DNA of 64,000 bases from an uncultured Gemmatimonadales bacterium. GTDB lineage: Bacteria; Gemmatimonadota; Gemmatimonadetes; Gemmatimonadales; Gemmatimonadaceae. Location of the stretch: assembly GCA_963851265.1 (NCBI GenBank), contig CAWKNZ010000002.1:544001-608000 (forward strand), read 5' to 3'. Position numbers and translations under genes: made by a program. The number at the start of each line of letters is the position of its first letter. The first letter of the stretch is position 1. The notes below the pieces were generated by a model that was given only the letters and a program-made list of their open reading frames with translations, did not search any database and was not told the DNA's origin. Shown here piece after piece: positions 49,119 to 58,757 of the stretch.

Positions 49119-50120
49119 ATGGCAACGACCGTGCAGGGCCTCGCGCCCGGCCCGTCGGACGTCGCGCCCGAGCCGGCGCCGACCCCGCGGCCGGGCGCGA
49201 CGCGCACCACCCCGCCCTCAGGCGCCCAATCCGCATCCGCCGCCGCCGGCACGCGCGCCGACCATGCGCTGCTCGTGCTCATGGCGCTCATCTGGGGCGT
49301 CAACTTCAGCGTGCTGAAGGTCGGGACGCGCTACGTCGACCCGGCCACGTTCAACGGCGCGCGCGTGCTGCTCGCGACGCTCGTGCTCGCGGTGGCCGCG
49401 GCGGTCCGCCGCGCCCCCGCCCCCTCGCGCGCCGACGCGCTGCGCCTCGTGCTGCTGGGCGTGCTCGGGAACGGCGTCTACCAGCTGTGCTTCATCGAGG
49501 GGCTCGCGCGCAGTGAGAGCGGGACCACGGCCCTGATTCTCGCGGGCGGGCCCGCCTTCATCGGCATCATCGGGCGGCTGGTCGGAACGGAGCGGCCGAG
49601 CGCGCGCGCGTGGGGCGGGATCGCGCTGCAGGTGGCCGGAGTCGCGGGCGTCGTGTTCGGCGCTGCGGCGGCGATGCCGGCTGCTGGAGCTACGAACGCG
49701 CCGGTGGGTGTGCTGCTCGTCGTCGCGGCGTCGCTCGCGTGGTCGGTGTACGCGGTACTGCTCAAGCCGCTCGCGCGGCGCGTGGATGGCGTGCAGGTCG
49801 CGGCGTGGACGCTCGCCGGCGGCGCGCTCACGCTCGGCGCCGCGGCCGTGCCGGCGATCGCGCGCGGGGCGCTCGGCGCGCTGCCGGTGCAGGGGTGGGC
49901 GGCGATGGCGTACAGCGGCGTGCTCGCCCTCTCGGTCGCGTACCTCTTCTACTACCGCGGCGTGCGCACGGTGGGCGCGGTGCGCACGGCGATGTACACC
50001 AACCTGCAGCCGGTGGTCGCGCTCGGCGTCGGCTTCGTGGCGTTAGGCGAACGGCCGGGCGGGTGGCAGCTCGTCGGCGCCGGGCTCATCGGCGCGGGCC
50101 TGCTTGCCTCGCGTGACTGA
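49119..50120 (+). CDS. DMT/EamA family transporter
   Basis: IWGVNF, about ten hydrophobic segments, NLQPVVA, LGE. Confidence 0.92.
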   Translation: MATTVQGLAPGPSDVAPEPAPTPRPGATRTTPPSGAQSASAAAGTRADHALLVLMALIWGVNFSVLKVGTRYVDPATFNGARVLLATLVLAVAAAVRRAPAPSRADALRLVLLGVLGNGVYQLCFIEGLARSESGTTALILAGGPAFIGIIGRLVGTERPSARAWGGIALQVAGVAGVVFGAAAAMPAAGATNAPVGVLLVVAASLAWSVYAVLLKPLARRVDGVQVAAWTLAGGALTLGAAAVPAIARGALGALPVQGWAAMAYSGVLALSVAYLFYYRGVRTVGAVRTAMYTNLQPVVALGVGFVALGERPGGWQLVGAGLIGAGLLASRD

Positions 50121-50145
50121 CCACCGACCCGTGACCGACCGCGTG

Positions 50146-50841
50146 ATGACGACCCGCCTCGTCCTGTTCGACATCGACGGCACACTGATCCGCGGCAACG
50201 GGGCCGCCAAACGCTCGTTCGAGGCCTCCCTCGTGGCCGCGTTCGGCACCGCGGGCGACACGAGCATCCCCTTCGACGGCAAGACGGATCCGCAGATCGC
50301 GCGTGAGCTGATGCGGTCGGCGGGCTTCGACGACGCGGCCATCGACGCGCGCATGGACGCCGTCGTCGCCGGGTACCTCGAGCGCCTCCGGGCCGAGCTG
50401 GTCGCGGGCACCGGCACGTTCGAGGCGCTGCCGGGTGTGCCGGCGCTGCTCGACGCACTCGCGGCGCGCGACGACGTCGTGCTCGGGCTGCTGACCGGGA
50501 ACGTCGCGGCGGGCGCGGCGGTGAAGCTCGGGGCGGCCGGGATCGACGCGTCACGGTTTCCGGTCGGGGCGTTCGGGAGCGACGGCGAGCACCGCCCCGA
50601 CCTCCCCGAAATCGCGCGCCGACGCGGCGAGGCGCTCGTCGGCGAACCGCTGCGCGGCGGCGACGTGGTCGTGATCGGGGACACCCCGGCCGACATCGGC
50701 TGCGCGCGCCCGATCGGCGCGCGCAGCGTCGGCGTGGCGACGGGGCGCTACGGCGTGGACGAGCTCGCGTCGCACGCCGCGGCGGCGGTGGTCGCCGATT
50801 TCTGCGACACCGCTTCCGCCGTGGCGGCGGTGCTCGGCTAG
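50146..50841 (+). CDS. HAD family hydrolase
   Basis: LFDIDGTL, GKTD, LTGN, IGDTPADI. Confidence 0.92.
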   Translation: MTTRLVLFDIDGTLIRGNGAAKRSFEASLVAAFGTAGDTSIPFDGKTDPQIARELMRSAGFDDAAIDARMDAVVAGYLERLRAELVAGTGTFEALPGVPALLDALAARDDVVLGLLTGNVAAGAAVKLGAAGIDASRFPVGAFGSDGEHRPDLPEIARRRGEALVGEPLRGGDVVVIGDTPADIGCARPIGARSVGVATGRYGVDELASHAAAAVVADFCDTASAVAAVLG

Positions 50842-50844
50842 CGC

Positions 50845-51375
50845 GTGGACGACGGTTCGTACGCGATCCCGGAGCTGACGCGCGCACTCCGCACGTTCGC
50901 GTCGCAACGCGGCGCGCCGGGCTCGGACCACGACCGCTACTTCGCGCCGCTCGTCGGCGCGCTGCGCGCGGCCCGCGACGCGCTCGCCGCCGGAGATCCG
51001 GCGCCGTGGCGGGCCGCGGAACGCGTGGACGCGCAGGGAGTGGCCGACGCCATGCGCGAGGCCTGTGGCGCGCTGGCCGAGGCGCGCGCTGCCGGGTCGG
51101 CGACCGCGCGCCGGGCGCTCGAGGCGGAATTGCTCGAACTCGCCGAGCCCACCTTCGCCGCGCTGGGCGAGGTAGGCGCGCGCGCCCGCGCGCTCGCCGA
51201 CGCGGACGCGGACGCGCGGGCCGCCGCGTGGGGTGCGTGGACGGCGGCGTTGGGCCGCGCGTTCGCCGCCGCCGACGCGTCGTGGGAGGCGTCGCTGCCC
51301 GCGCTCGCCGACCCGCGCGGGGGCGTCGGGCGCCTCTGGCGCTCGATCCTCCGCCAGCGCGGCGGGCGCGCGTGA
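50845..51375 (+). CDS. Hypothetical alpha-helical protein
   Basis: Fills the gap exactly between the HAD gene and acpS; no recognised motif. Confidence 0.65.
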   Translation: MDDGSYAIPELTRALRTFASQRGAPGSDHDRYFAPLVGALRAARDALAAGDPAPWRAAERVDAQGVADAMREACGALAEARAAGSATARRALEAELLELAEPTFAALGEVGARARALADADADARAAAWGAWTAALGRAFAAADASWEASLPALADPRGGVGRLWRSILRQRGGRA

Positions 51376-51382
51376 GGCGGCG

Positions 51383-51775
51383 GTGATCCTCGGCGTCGGG
51401 TTCGATCTCGTCGACATCGCGCGCGTCGCGGCGCTCCTCGAGTCCAAGGGCGAGCGCGCGGTCACGCGGCTGTTCTCACCCGCGGAGGCGGAGTACGCGC
51501 GGGCCCGCGCGGAGCCCGCACGCCACTTCGCCGCCCGATTTGCGGCGAAGGAGGCCGTGTACAAGGCGCTCGCCGGGACTGCGGAGGCGCGCGGCATCGG
51601 CTGGCGCGATACGGAGGTCGTGACCGCATGGGACGGGCGCCCGCAGGTCGTGCTGCACGGGCGCGCGGCCGAATGCGCGGCCGCGTTAGGTGTCGTGCGG
51701 GTGCACCTGTCGCTCACGCACGCCGAACTCGTCGCCGGCGCGGTGGTGGTGCTGGAGGGCGCGCCGCCGGCGTAG
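51383..51775 (+). CDS. acpS: Holo-[ACP] synthase
   Basis: GVGFDLV, AARFAAKEA.YKALA, GRP, LSLTH. Confidence 0.95.
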   Translation: MILGVGFDLVDIARVAALLESKGERAVTRLFSPAEAEYARARAEPARHFAARFAAKEAVYKALAGTAEARGIGWRDTEVVTAWDGRPQVVLHGRAAECAAALGVVRVHLSLTHAELVAGAVVVLEGAPPA

Positions 51776-52291
51776 CCGCCGGCGCACGCCCGTCTCGACG
51801 CGGCCCCCGCCGCCGAGGACGGCCAGGGTGAGCACGGTTCCCGAGAGCACTATCGCCCACGCCCCGACCCCCGCGGCCAGGCCGAGCCCGGCCGCGACCC
51901 AGATGGTCGTGGCGGTCGTGAGACCGCGCACCTCGCGCCGCTGGCGCGGTCGCGACCGGCCGGCGTCGGCGCCTGCGGGTGTCGCGCGAGCCCCGCGCGC
52001 GGCGCGCGGTGGTCGCACGGCGGGTGCGGGCTGTGGGTGCAGGATCACGCCCGCGCCGACGAAGCCGATCCCGGTGATCACGCCCTGCATCACGCGCGTG
52101 GCGCCGGCGGCGTCGGCCTGCGCGGCGGCGGCCGTGACGAGCGCCGCGCCTAACGCGACGAGCGCGTGCGTGCGCAGCCCGGCGGCCTTGCCGTGGAGGT
52201 TGCGGTTGACGCCTAGCGCCGCGCCGGCGAGCGTCGCGGCGGACAGCCGCGCGGCGATTTCGCCGAACGGCAGGAGACCGGACGCGATCAC
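51686..52291 (-). CDS. MgtC/SapB family membrane protein
   Basis: AGLRTHALV, ITGIGFVGAGVI, GLTTATTIW; GTGA overlap with the upstream gene. Confidence 0.88.
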   Translation of the reverse strand: MIASGLLPFGEIAARLSAATLAGAALGVNRNLHGKAAGLRTHALVALGAALVTAAAAQADAAGATRVMQGVITGIGFVGAGVILHPQPAPAVRPPRAARGARATPAGADAGRSRPRQRREVRGLTTATTIWVAAGLGLAAGVGAWAIVLSGTVLTLAVLGGGGRVETGVRRRLRRRRALQHHHRAGDEFGVRERQVHPHDT

Positions 52292-53409
52292 GGTGACGCG
52301 CTCACGGGTGCGACCCGCCATGCCGCCCAGTCGGCCCGCACCGCCTCCAGCATGTGCTCGGCCGAGTCGGCGAGCCAGTGCGCCCCGAGCGCATGGTCGG
52401 CGGCGCGCAGCTGCTCGGCGAGCACGCGCGGCGCGGTTCCGCCGAGGTGGACGTTCGCGGTCTCCCACCCCATCGCGTGCAGCAGGTGCCGCTCGTCGCG
52501 GCGCCGCGGAAGCTCGGCGAGGTCGAAGCGGCGCATGTCGGGCGCGAGGCGGCGCACGATCCACCGGCGCCGCGCGCGGTAGAACGGATCGACGCACCGC
52601 ACCGCGCCCTCGACCGTCTCGCGGATGCGAACGTCCGCCGCGCGCGGCGCGGACCCGGCGGCCCACGCGACCGCGCTCGGCGCGACGGCCTTCACCTCGC
52701 GCGCGATCCGCCCACCCTGCCACTGGGCGACGGCGACGAGCCGCGTGCGCCCGAGGCTCCCCACGCCAGCCACGCGCCGCGAGACGCGCGCGCGGAGTCC
52801 GCGCGCGGGCAGCGACGCGTCGAGCGCGCGGCACGCCCCGGGCGGCGGCCTGTCGTCCGCGGCGACTGCCGGGAGCGCGTCGAGCTTCGCCCAGAACGCT
52901 TCCGCGTCGGGCCGTTGCGCCTGCCACATCGCGCGGAGCCCCGAGTGCTGCTCCGCCAGCACGTACGGCATGCCGCCCGCGGCGAGCGCGTCGCGGTAGC
53001 CGCCGAGCACCGCGTCCGCCGCCGCCCGCGGGTCGCTCGCCAGCGCCTCGTGCTCGGCCGCGAGGTGCGCGCTCGCCGTTAGGCGCACGAGGTCGTGCGG
53101 CCAGGCGAGCGGCGCCGCCTCGTCGAAGTCGTTCACGCCCCACGCCAGCCGCCCCTCGGCGTCCCGCCACGTCCCGAAGTTCTCGACGTGCAGGTCGCCG
53201 ACGCTCGACACGCGGCGGAGTGCGGCGAGCTCGGGGCAGCGGCGCGGCCACCAGCTCGCCCAACGGTAGAACGTCGCCCGGAGGAACACGAACGGGCTCT
53301 CGCGCATGAGCGCGTGCTTGTGGACGAGGTCCGCCGCGATGAGGGGGGTGTAGCGGCCCAACCATGTTTCGTAGTCCGCGGTCGCGTCGCGGACGGTGCC
53401 AATTCCCAT
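52288..53409 (-). CDS. DUF2252 family protein
   Basis: MRESPFVFLRAT, GDLHVENFG, NDFDEA, RVAGVGSLG. Confidence 0.85.
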   Translation of the reverse strand: MGIGTVRDATADYETWLGRYTPLIAADLVHKHALMRESPFVFLRATFYRWASWWPRRCPELAALRRVSSVGDLHVENFGTWRDAEGRLAWGVNDFDEAAPLAWPHDLVRLTASAHLAAEHEALASDPRAAADAVLGGYRDALAAGGMPYVLAEQHSGLRAMWQAQRPDAEAFWAKLDALPAVAADDRPPPGACRALDASLPARGLRARVSRRVAGVGSLGRTRLVAVAQWQGGRIAREVKAVAPSAVAWAAGSAPRAADVRIRETVEGAVRCVDPFYRARRRWIVRRLAPDMRRFDLAELPRRRDERHLLHAMGWETANVHLGGTAPRVLAEQLRAADHALGAHWLADSAEHMLEAVRADWAAWRVAPVSASP

Positions 53410-53507
53410 GACCGACGATGGCGACGGTGATCCGCGTGCGCCATCGTCTGGTACCGCTAACCTGCCGTTAAGGACGCGTCCGCCATGCGGGAACGGGCCC
53501 TACGGGG

Positions 53508-53666
53508 TCACGTCTTCGCCCAGTCCCCGGTGGCCTGCGACGCGGCGGTGCCGCAGCCGCAACCATCGCCACATCCGGCCTTGGCCGGGCGCAGCGTCTT
53601 CCACGCCCGCCGCGCGACGAAGGCGAAGGCGACGGCGACCACGAGTAGGATGATGAAGGTCTGCAT
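53508..53666 (-). CDS. FeoB-associated Cys-rich small membrane protein (52 aa)
   Basis: Not in ORF track: MQTFIILLVVAVAFAFVARRAWKTLRPAKAGCGDGCGCGTAASQATGDWAKT; AGGAG RBS; 33 nt after feoB. Confidence 0.85.
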   Translation of the reverse strand: MQTFIILLVVAVAFAFVARRAWKTLRPAKAGCGDGCGCGTAASQATGDWAKT

Positions 53667-53699
53667 GCGCGCGTGCTCCTGCGGTCGTGAAGGTTCCGG

Positions 53700-55934
53700 C
53701 TACCCGAGTCCGAGCAACCGCCCACCCTGATACACCACGAACGCGGCGACCCAGGCGAGGGCGAGCATGTAGCCGAACTGCACCGCCGCCCAGCGCCATC
53801 CGGCCGAGCCGCCGCCGGTCTCGCGCACGGTCACCGCCACCGTGCTCATGCACATGAGCGCGTACACGTAGAACACCATCAACCCGATGGCGACGAGCGG
53901 CGTGTACACCGCACGCCCGGTGTGCGGGTCGCGGTCGGCGCGCAGCCGGTCGCGCAGCGCGGCGTCGACCTTGCCCGAGCCGTCGTCCTCGCCCACGCCG
54001 TAGATCGTGCCCATCGTCGAGACGAAGACCTCGCGGGCGGCGAAGCTCGCGGCGATCGACACGCCGATCTTCCAGTCGTAGCCGAGCGGCCGCACCGCGG
54101 GCTCGATCGCGTGGCCGATGCGGCCGAGCGCGGAGTGTTCGAGCTGCGCCTCCTTGCGCGCCGGCTCGGGAAGGCGCGCGTCGGCCGCGGAGCGGGGGTA
54201 AGTCGCCGCAGCCCACAGCACCACGGAGAGCGCGAGGATGACCGTGCCCGCGCGCTGCAGGAAGAGGCGCGCGCGCCCCGTGACCGAGATGGCGAGGCTC
54301 TTCACGCTCGGCCAGCGGTAGGGCGGCAGTTCGAGGATCATCGGGCGCACGGGGCCGCGCAGGAGCGTGCGCTTGAAGAGCGCCGCCGCGCCGAGCGCCG
54401 TGACCGTGCCGAGGAGGTACATCGCGAGCATCGTCGCGCCCTGCAGCGTGAGCACGCCGCCGAGGATCGCGGCCGGCGGCACGAACGCGCCGATGAGCAG
54501 CGTGTACACGGGCAGCCGCGCCGAGCAGCTCATGAGCGGCACGACCATGATCGTGGCGAGTCGGTCCTTCTCGTGCTCGACCGTGCGCGCGGCCATGATG
54601 CCGGGCACCGCGCACGCGTAGCCCGAGAGCATCGGGATGAAGCTCTTGCCGTGCAGCCCCACGCGCCGCATCACGCCGTCCATGAGGAACGCGGCGCGCG
54701 CCATGTACCCCGTGTCTTCCAGCACGCCGATGAACAGGAAGAGCATCGCGATCTGCGGCAGGAAGACGATCACGCTCCCGACGCCCGCGATGACGCCGTC
54801 GACGACGAGCGACCGCAGGTCGCCCGGCGGCATGAAGCTGCTCACCGTGTTGCCGATCCACCCGACGGCCGCCTGCATCGCGTCGCCCATCGGGCGCGCG
54901 ACCGAGAACACCGACTGGAACACGAGCGCCATCGTGACGAGGAAGAGCACCCACCCCCACACGCGGTGGAGCGCGACGGCGTCGAGGCGGTCCATCACCG
55001 TGCGGCCGCGCCGCGGCGTGCGCACCACCGCGCGCGCGAGCACTCCGCCGATCCAGCCGTAGCGCAGCTCGGCCTCGACGCGCTCCGGGGCGAGCCCCTC
55101 GGTGCGGAGCGCGGCGCGCGCCCCGTCGAGCGCGTCGAGCAGGCCCGGGACGGCGGCGAGGTGCGACTCCGGGATCGCGATGCCCAACAGGCGCAGCGCC
55201 TCCATCCCGGCCGGCGCGGGCGCGAAGCCCGCGCCGCGCAGACACGCCTCCACCGGCGCGAGCGCGGCGGCCACGGGCCCCGGCAACAGGAACTGGCGCC
55301 CCGAGCGCGGCAGCGTCGCGGCCCCGGCGATCGCGCGCTTGAGTTGCTCGACCCCCTCGCCGCGCTTGGCGACCGTCGGGATCACGGTCGCGCCCAGCTC
55401 GTGGATCAATTCGGGGACGTCGACGGTCACGCCCGCGGCGAGGGCCGCGTCGATCTGGTTGAGGGCGACGACCACGGGCAGCCCGAGCTCGAGCACCTGG
55501 CTCAGGAGAAACAGGTTACGCTCGAGGTGCTGTGCGTCGGCGACGACGACCACGACGTCGGGCACCGGCACGTCGCGCCCGCGGCCGAGCAGCACTTCGA
55601 GCGCGATGCGTTCGTCGGGCGATCCCGCCGACAGCGAGTAGCTGCCCGGCAGGTCGAGCACGCTCACGCGACGGTCGTCGGCGTTGCGGTAGTGCCCTTC
55701 GCTGCGTTCGACGGTCACGCCGGCGAAGTTGCCGACCTTCTGGCGCAGCCCCGTCAGCGCGTTGAAGAGGGTCGTCTTTCCCGTGTTCGGGTTGCCGATC
55801 AGGGCGACGCGGAGCGGGGCGGCGTTCGTCGGTGCGCCCGCGGATCCGGTCCCGGCGGCCGGCACCCGGCCGGTCCGACGACCTGCGAGGGGCGCGTCGG
55901 CCGCGCCCGGCGCCGTGGGCGCGGGCGAGGGCAT
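53700..55934 (-). CDS. feoB: Ferrous iron transporter B
   Basis: GNPNTGKTT, VGNFAGVTV, DLPGSYSL, GYMARAAF, MSCSARLP, ELPPY. Confidence 0.97.
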   Translation of the reverse strand: MPSPAPTAPGAADAPLAGRRTGRVPAAGTGSAGAPTNAAPLRVALIGNPNTGKTTLFNALTGLRQKVGNFAGVTVERSEGHYRNADDRRVSVLDLPGSYSLSAGSPDERIALEVLLGRGRDVPVPDVVVVVADAQHLERNLFLLSQVLELGLPVVVALNQIDAALAAGVTVDVPELIHELGATVIPTVAKRGEGVEQLKRAIAGAATLPRSGRQFLLPGPVAAALAPVEACLRGAGFAPAPAGMEALRLLGIAIPESHLAAVPGLLDALDGARAALRTEGLAPERVEAELRYGWIGGVLARAVVRTPRRGRTVMDRLDAVALHRVWGWVLFLVTMALVFQSVFSVARPMGDAMQAAVGWIGNTVSSFMPPGDLRSLVVDGVIAGVGSVIVFLPQIAMLFLFIGVLEDTGYMARAAFLMDGVMRRVGLHGKSFIPMLSGYACAVPGIMAARTVEHEKDRLATIMVVPLMSCSARLPVYTLLIGAFVPPAAILGGVLTLQGATMLAMYLLGTVTALGAAALFKRTLLRGPVRPMILELPPYRWPSVKSLAISVTGRARLFLQRAGTVILALSVVLWAAATYPRSAADARLPEPARKEAQLEHSALGRIGHAIEPAVRPLGYDWKIGVSIAASFAAREVFVSTMGTIYGVGEDDGSGKVDAALRDRLRADRDPHTGRAVYTPLVAIGLMVFYVYALMCMSTVAVTVRETGGGSAGWRWAAVQFGYMLALAWVAAFVVYQGGRLLGLG

Positions 55935-55936
55935 GG

Positions 55937-56236
55937 TCAGCGCGCGGGCGCTGCGGCCGGCGTGGTCGTGCCGAGCGCGCCGCCGTCGATCGGGCGAACG
56001 GTGATACCCGTCCCGAGGGCGCGACCCAGCGCGATGCGGGTGCCGCGCACCTCGATGAGCACCGCGTTGCGCGCATCGACGACGTTCACGTGGGCGCCTT
56101 CGCAGAGCCCGATGGCGCGGAGGCGGCACGCCTCCTGATCGCCGCAACGCACTTCCATCACCATCGCCCACGAGCCCGCGCGACAGCTCGCGAGCGTGCA
56201 CGCGCCGCCGGCCGGAGCGGACTCGGTTGCCGACAT
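55937..56236 (-). CDS. feoA: Ferrous iron transport protein A
   Basis: RLRAIGLCEGA, IEVRGTRIALG; immediately upstream of feoB; start approximate. Confidence 0.88.
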   Translation of the reverse strand: MSATESAPAGGACTLASCRAGSWAMVMEVRCGDQEACRLRAIGLCEGAHVNVVDARNAVLIEVRGTRIALGRALGTGITVRPIDGGALGTTTPAAAPAR

Positions 56237-56439
56237 GTCGACGACCGGCAGTGCGCGACGTGGCCGGCGGTCCTGCGAGCGACGAAAGAGGTTCAGCACG
56301 GACGGGTGCGGCGGAAGAGCGACGCCTCGCGAGTGCGGGGCGGGTCGCATGTACGCAATCTGACGGCCGGCGACAATCCCGTCAATCGGGTTCGGAATTC
56401 TGCGGCGTGGCTGTGGCGATTCGCCGGCCGGCGCTACCG

Positions 56440-57303
56440 TCAGGCCGCGAGCGGCTCCGACATCGGCTCGGCGTACACGCCGGGGCGGCCGGGACCGGGG
56501 GCGCGGCGCAGCTGCATCAGCGTCACGCCGACGAGCACGACGAGCACCGAGATCCCCTGCGCCGTGGTGAACGGGCCGAGAAAGCGGTCGTCCTTGGCGC
56601 GGAAGAACTCGACGATGAACCGCTCGACGCCGGCCAGCACGCAGTAGAGCCCGAACAGCCAGCCCTCGGCGTGCCGGTGACCGCGGAAACGCCAGAGCAC
56701 GGCGAACATGAGGAGCCCCATCGTCACCTCGTAGAGCTGCGTGGGGTGCACCCCGATCACGGCATCCGGGGGAGTGCCGGGGGGAAGGTGCGCGCCGAAC
56801 ATCTGCGTCATGGTCGCGGCGGTGCTGGGCGGCGCACCATTGGGGAACGAGACCGCGAGCGGGCCGTCCCACGGGCGCCCGTAGTCGTCGCCCACCGCCC
56901 AGCACCCCGTACGCCCCACCGCGTAGCCGGCCGCTATCGCGATTCCCGCGACGTCCGCGTAGCGCGCGAACGACAACCGCTTGAAGCGCACGGTCGCGTA
57001 GCAGAGCGCCACCGACCCGATGAAGCCACCCCAGAACACGAACCCGCCGCGGCTGAACAGCGCGTGCCAGTCGCGCATGAGGACGACGTAGTAGAGCTTC
57101 GCGCCGATCATCGTGCCGAGTAGCGCGGCCAGCACGATGTCCGGGGCGGACGCGGCGTGGTCGAGGTGTCCGCGGCGCGTGAGTTCGCGCACGACGATCA
57201 CCTGCGAGATCGCGAACGCGGCGAGCACCGCGAGCCCGAACCCGGTGAACTGGAGCGGCCCGACGTTGAACTGGAACGGTTGGGCGACGATCGGATGAGG
57301 CAT
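56440..57303 (-). CDS. lgt: Prolipoprotein diacylglyceryl transferase
   Basis: GAKLYY, FWGG, GRTGC, HPTQLYE, RFIVEFFR. Confidence 0.93.
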   Translation of the reverse strand: MPHPIVAQPFQFNVGPLQFTGFGLAVLAAFAISQVIVVRELTRRGHLDHAASAPDIVLAALLGTMIGAKLYYVVLMRDWHALFSRGGFVFWGGFIGSVALCYATVRFKRLSFARYADVAGIAIAAGYAVGRTGCWAVGDDYGRPWDGPLAVSFPNGAPPSTAATMTQMFGAHLPPGTPPDAVIGVHPTQLYEVTMGLLMFAVLWRFRGHRHAEGWLFGLYCVLAGVERFIVEFFRAKDDRFLGPFTTAQGISVLVVLVGVTLMQLRRAPGPGRPGVYAEPMSEPLAA

Positions 57304-57312
57304 GCGAGGAAG

Positions 57313-58383
57313 CTAGTGCGGGCGGAGCCCGGGGATCGGCAGCGACGCGTGCGCGCCGAGCCCGAGGCCGGCCACGTCCCCGCGCGCGAGGCGGAACTGC
57401 CCGGCGCGCGCGATCATCGCGGCGTTGTCGGTGGCGAGGCGCGGCGAGGGCGCGTACACCCGTGCGCCGCGCGGCCCGAGCCGCGCGCCCATCGCCCGCA
57501 CGAGCGCGCCGTTGCACGCGACGCCGCCGCCGAGCACCACGCGCGTGCGCCCGAACGCGCGGGCCGCGCGGTACGTCTTCTCGACCAGCGTCTCGACGAG
57601 CGCGTCCTGGAACCCGCGCGCGATGCCCGCACGCTCCGCGTCGAGCGTGCCGCGGGCCTCCGCCGCGCGCACCGCGTGCAGCACCGCGGTCTTGAGGCCG
57701 CTGAACGACACGTCGTAGTAGTCGGGGTCGTCGGGCTGCTGGTTGGCGCGCAGCATCGGGCGCGGGAAACGCGGTCCCGCGTCAGCTGCACCCCCGGCGG
57801 CGGCCAGGCGCTCGACGTGGCGCCCGCCGGGGTAGGGAAGCCCGAGCAGTTTGGCGACCTTGTCGAACGCCTCGCCCGCGGCATCGTCGCGCGTGGCGCC
57901 GAGCAGCGTGTACTCGCCCCACGCCGCGACGTCGAGGAGCAGCGTGTGCCCGCCCGAGACGAGCAGCGCGGTGAACGGCGGTTCGGCCTCGGGGTGCTCG
58001 AGCGCCGTCGCGAACAGGTGCCCTTCCATGTGGTGCACGGGCACGAGCGGCACGCCGAGCGTGTAGGCGAGCGCCTTCGCGTAGCTCACGCCCACCAGCA
58101 GCGCGCCGACGAGCCCGGGCGCGTGGGTGACCGCGACCGCGCCCACGTCGCGCACCGCAAGGCCGGCGTCGGCCAGGGTGCGCTCGACGACAGGCACTAC
58201 CGCGGTCAGGTGCGCGCGGCTCGCCAGCTCGGGGACGACGCCGCCGAAGATGCGGTGCACGTCCTGCGAGTAGATGACCAGCGAGCGGAGCGCCGGGCCC
58301 TCGACGACCGCGGCGGAGGTTTCGTCGCACGACGTCTCGATGCCGAGCACGCGGGTCGCGGCCGCGCCTGGCGCCGCGGTCAC
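57313..58383 (-). CDS. tsaD: tRNA N6-threonylcarbamoyltransferase
   Basis: LGIETSCDET, GGVVPELASRAH, HHMEGH, LVSGGHT, DDAAGEAFDK, TDNAAMI. Confidence 0.97.
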   Translation of the reverse strand: MTAAPGAAATRVLGIETSCDETSAAVVEGPALRSLVIYSQDVHRIFGGVVPELASRAHLTAVVPVVERTLADAGLAVRDVGAVAVTHAPGLVGALLVGVSYAKALAYTLGVPLVPVHHMEGHLFATALEHPEAEPPFTALLVSGGHTLLLDVAAWGEYTLLGATRDDAAGEAFDKVAKLLGLPYPGGRHVERLAAAGGAADAGPRFPRPMLRANQQPDDPDYYDVSFSGLKTAVLHAVRAAEARGTLDAERAGIARGFQDALVETLVEKTYRAARAFGRTRVVLGGGVACNGALVRAMGARLGPRGARVYAPSPRLATDNAAMIARAGQFRLARGDVAGLGLGAHASLPIPGLRPH

Positions 58384-58736
58384 GGGCGGTCGCCGACGGT
58401 CACGCCGCGCACCGCGAGCCCCGAGAGGCCGCGCGGGAGGATCACGTCTTCGGGACGCGGCGTGGCCGAGCGGGGCCCCGCGGCCGCGGCACGCGCGCGC
58501 AGCACCGGTGGCCGCACGGCGAGCAGGGCGATCGTCCCCGCGGCGCCGTCGACGAGCGCATACACGCCCCCCGCGGCCGCGTACGCGCCGGCCGTGCGCC
58601 CGAACACGCGCACCGGCACGTACGCGCGCGCCGGCTCCAGCGCGCGCACGAACAGCCAGAGCGCGACCGCGACCACCGCGCCCGCGAGCTTCTGCGGCAC
58701 GTGCCGCGCGTACCATGCGTTAGGCGGCGTCGCCAC
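58380..58736 (-). CDS. Small membrane-anchored protein, possibly a reduced YbbR/CdaR-like protein
   Basis: KLAGAVVAVALWLFV resembles YbbR N-termini; DVILPRGL; coupled to tsaD by GTGA. Confidence 0.5.
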   Translation of the reverse strand: MATPPNAWYARHVPQKLAGAVVAVALWLFVRALEPARAYVPVRVFGRTAGAYAAAGGVYALVDGAAGTIALLAVRPPVLRARAAAAGPRSATPRPEDVILPRGLSGLAVRGVTVGDRP

Positions 58737-58757
58737 GGGCCGGTCGTCCGCCGCGGG

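Noticed and set aside
56237..56439. Fur/DtxR box upstream of feoA
   Set aside because: Slightly AT-richer, but no recognisable consensus palindrome.
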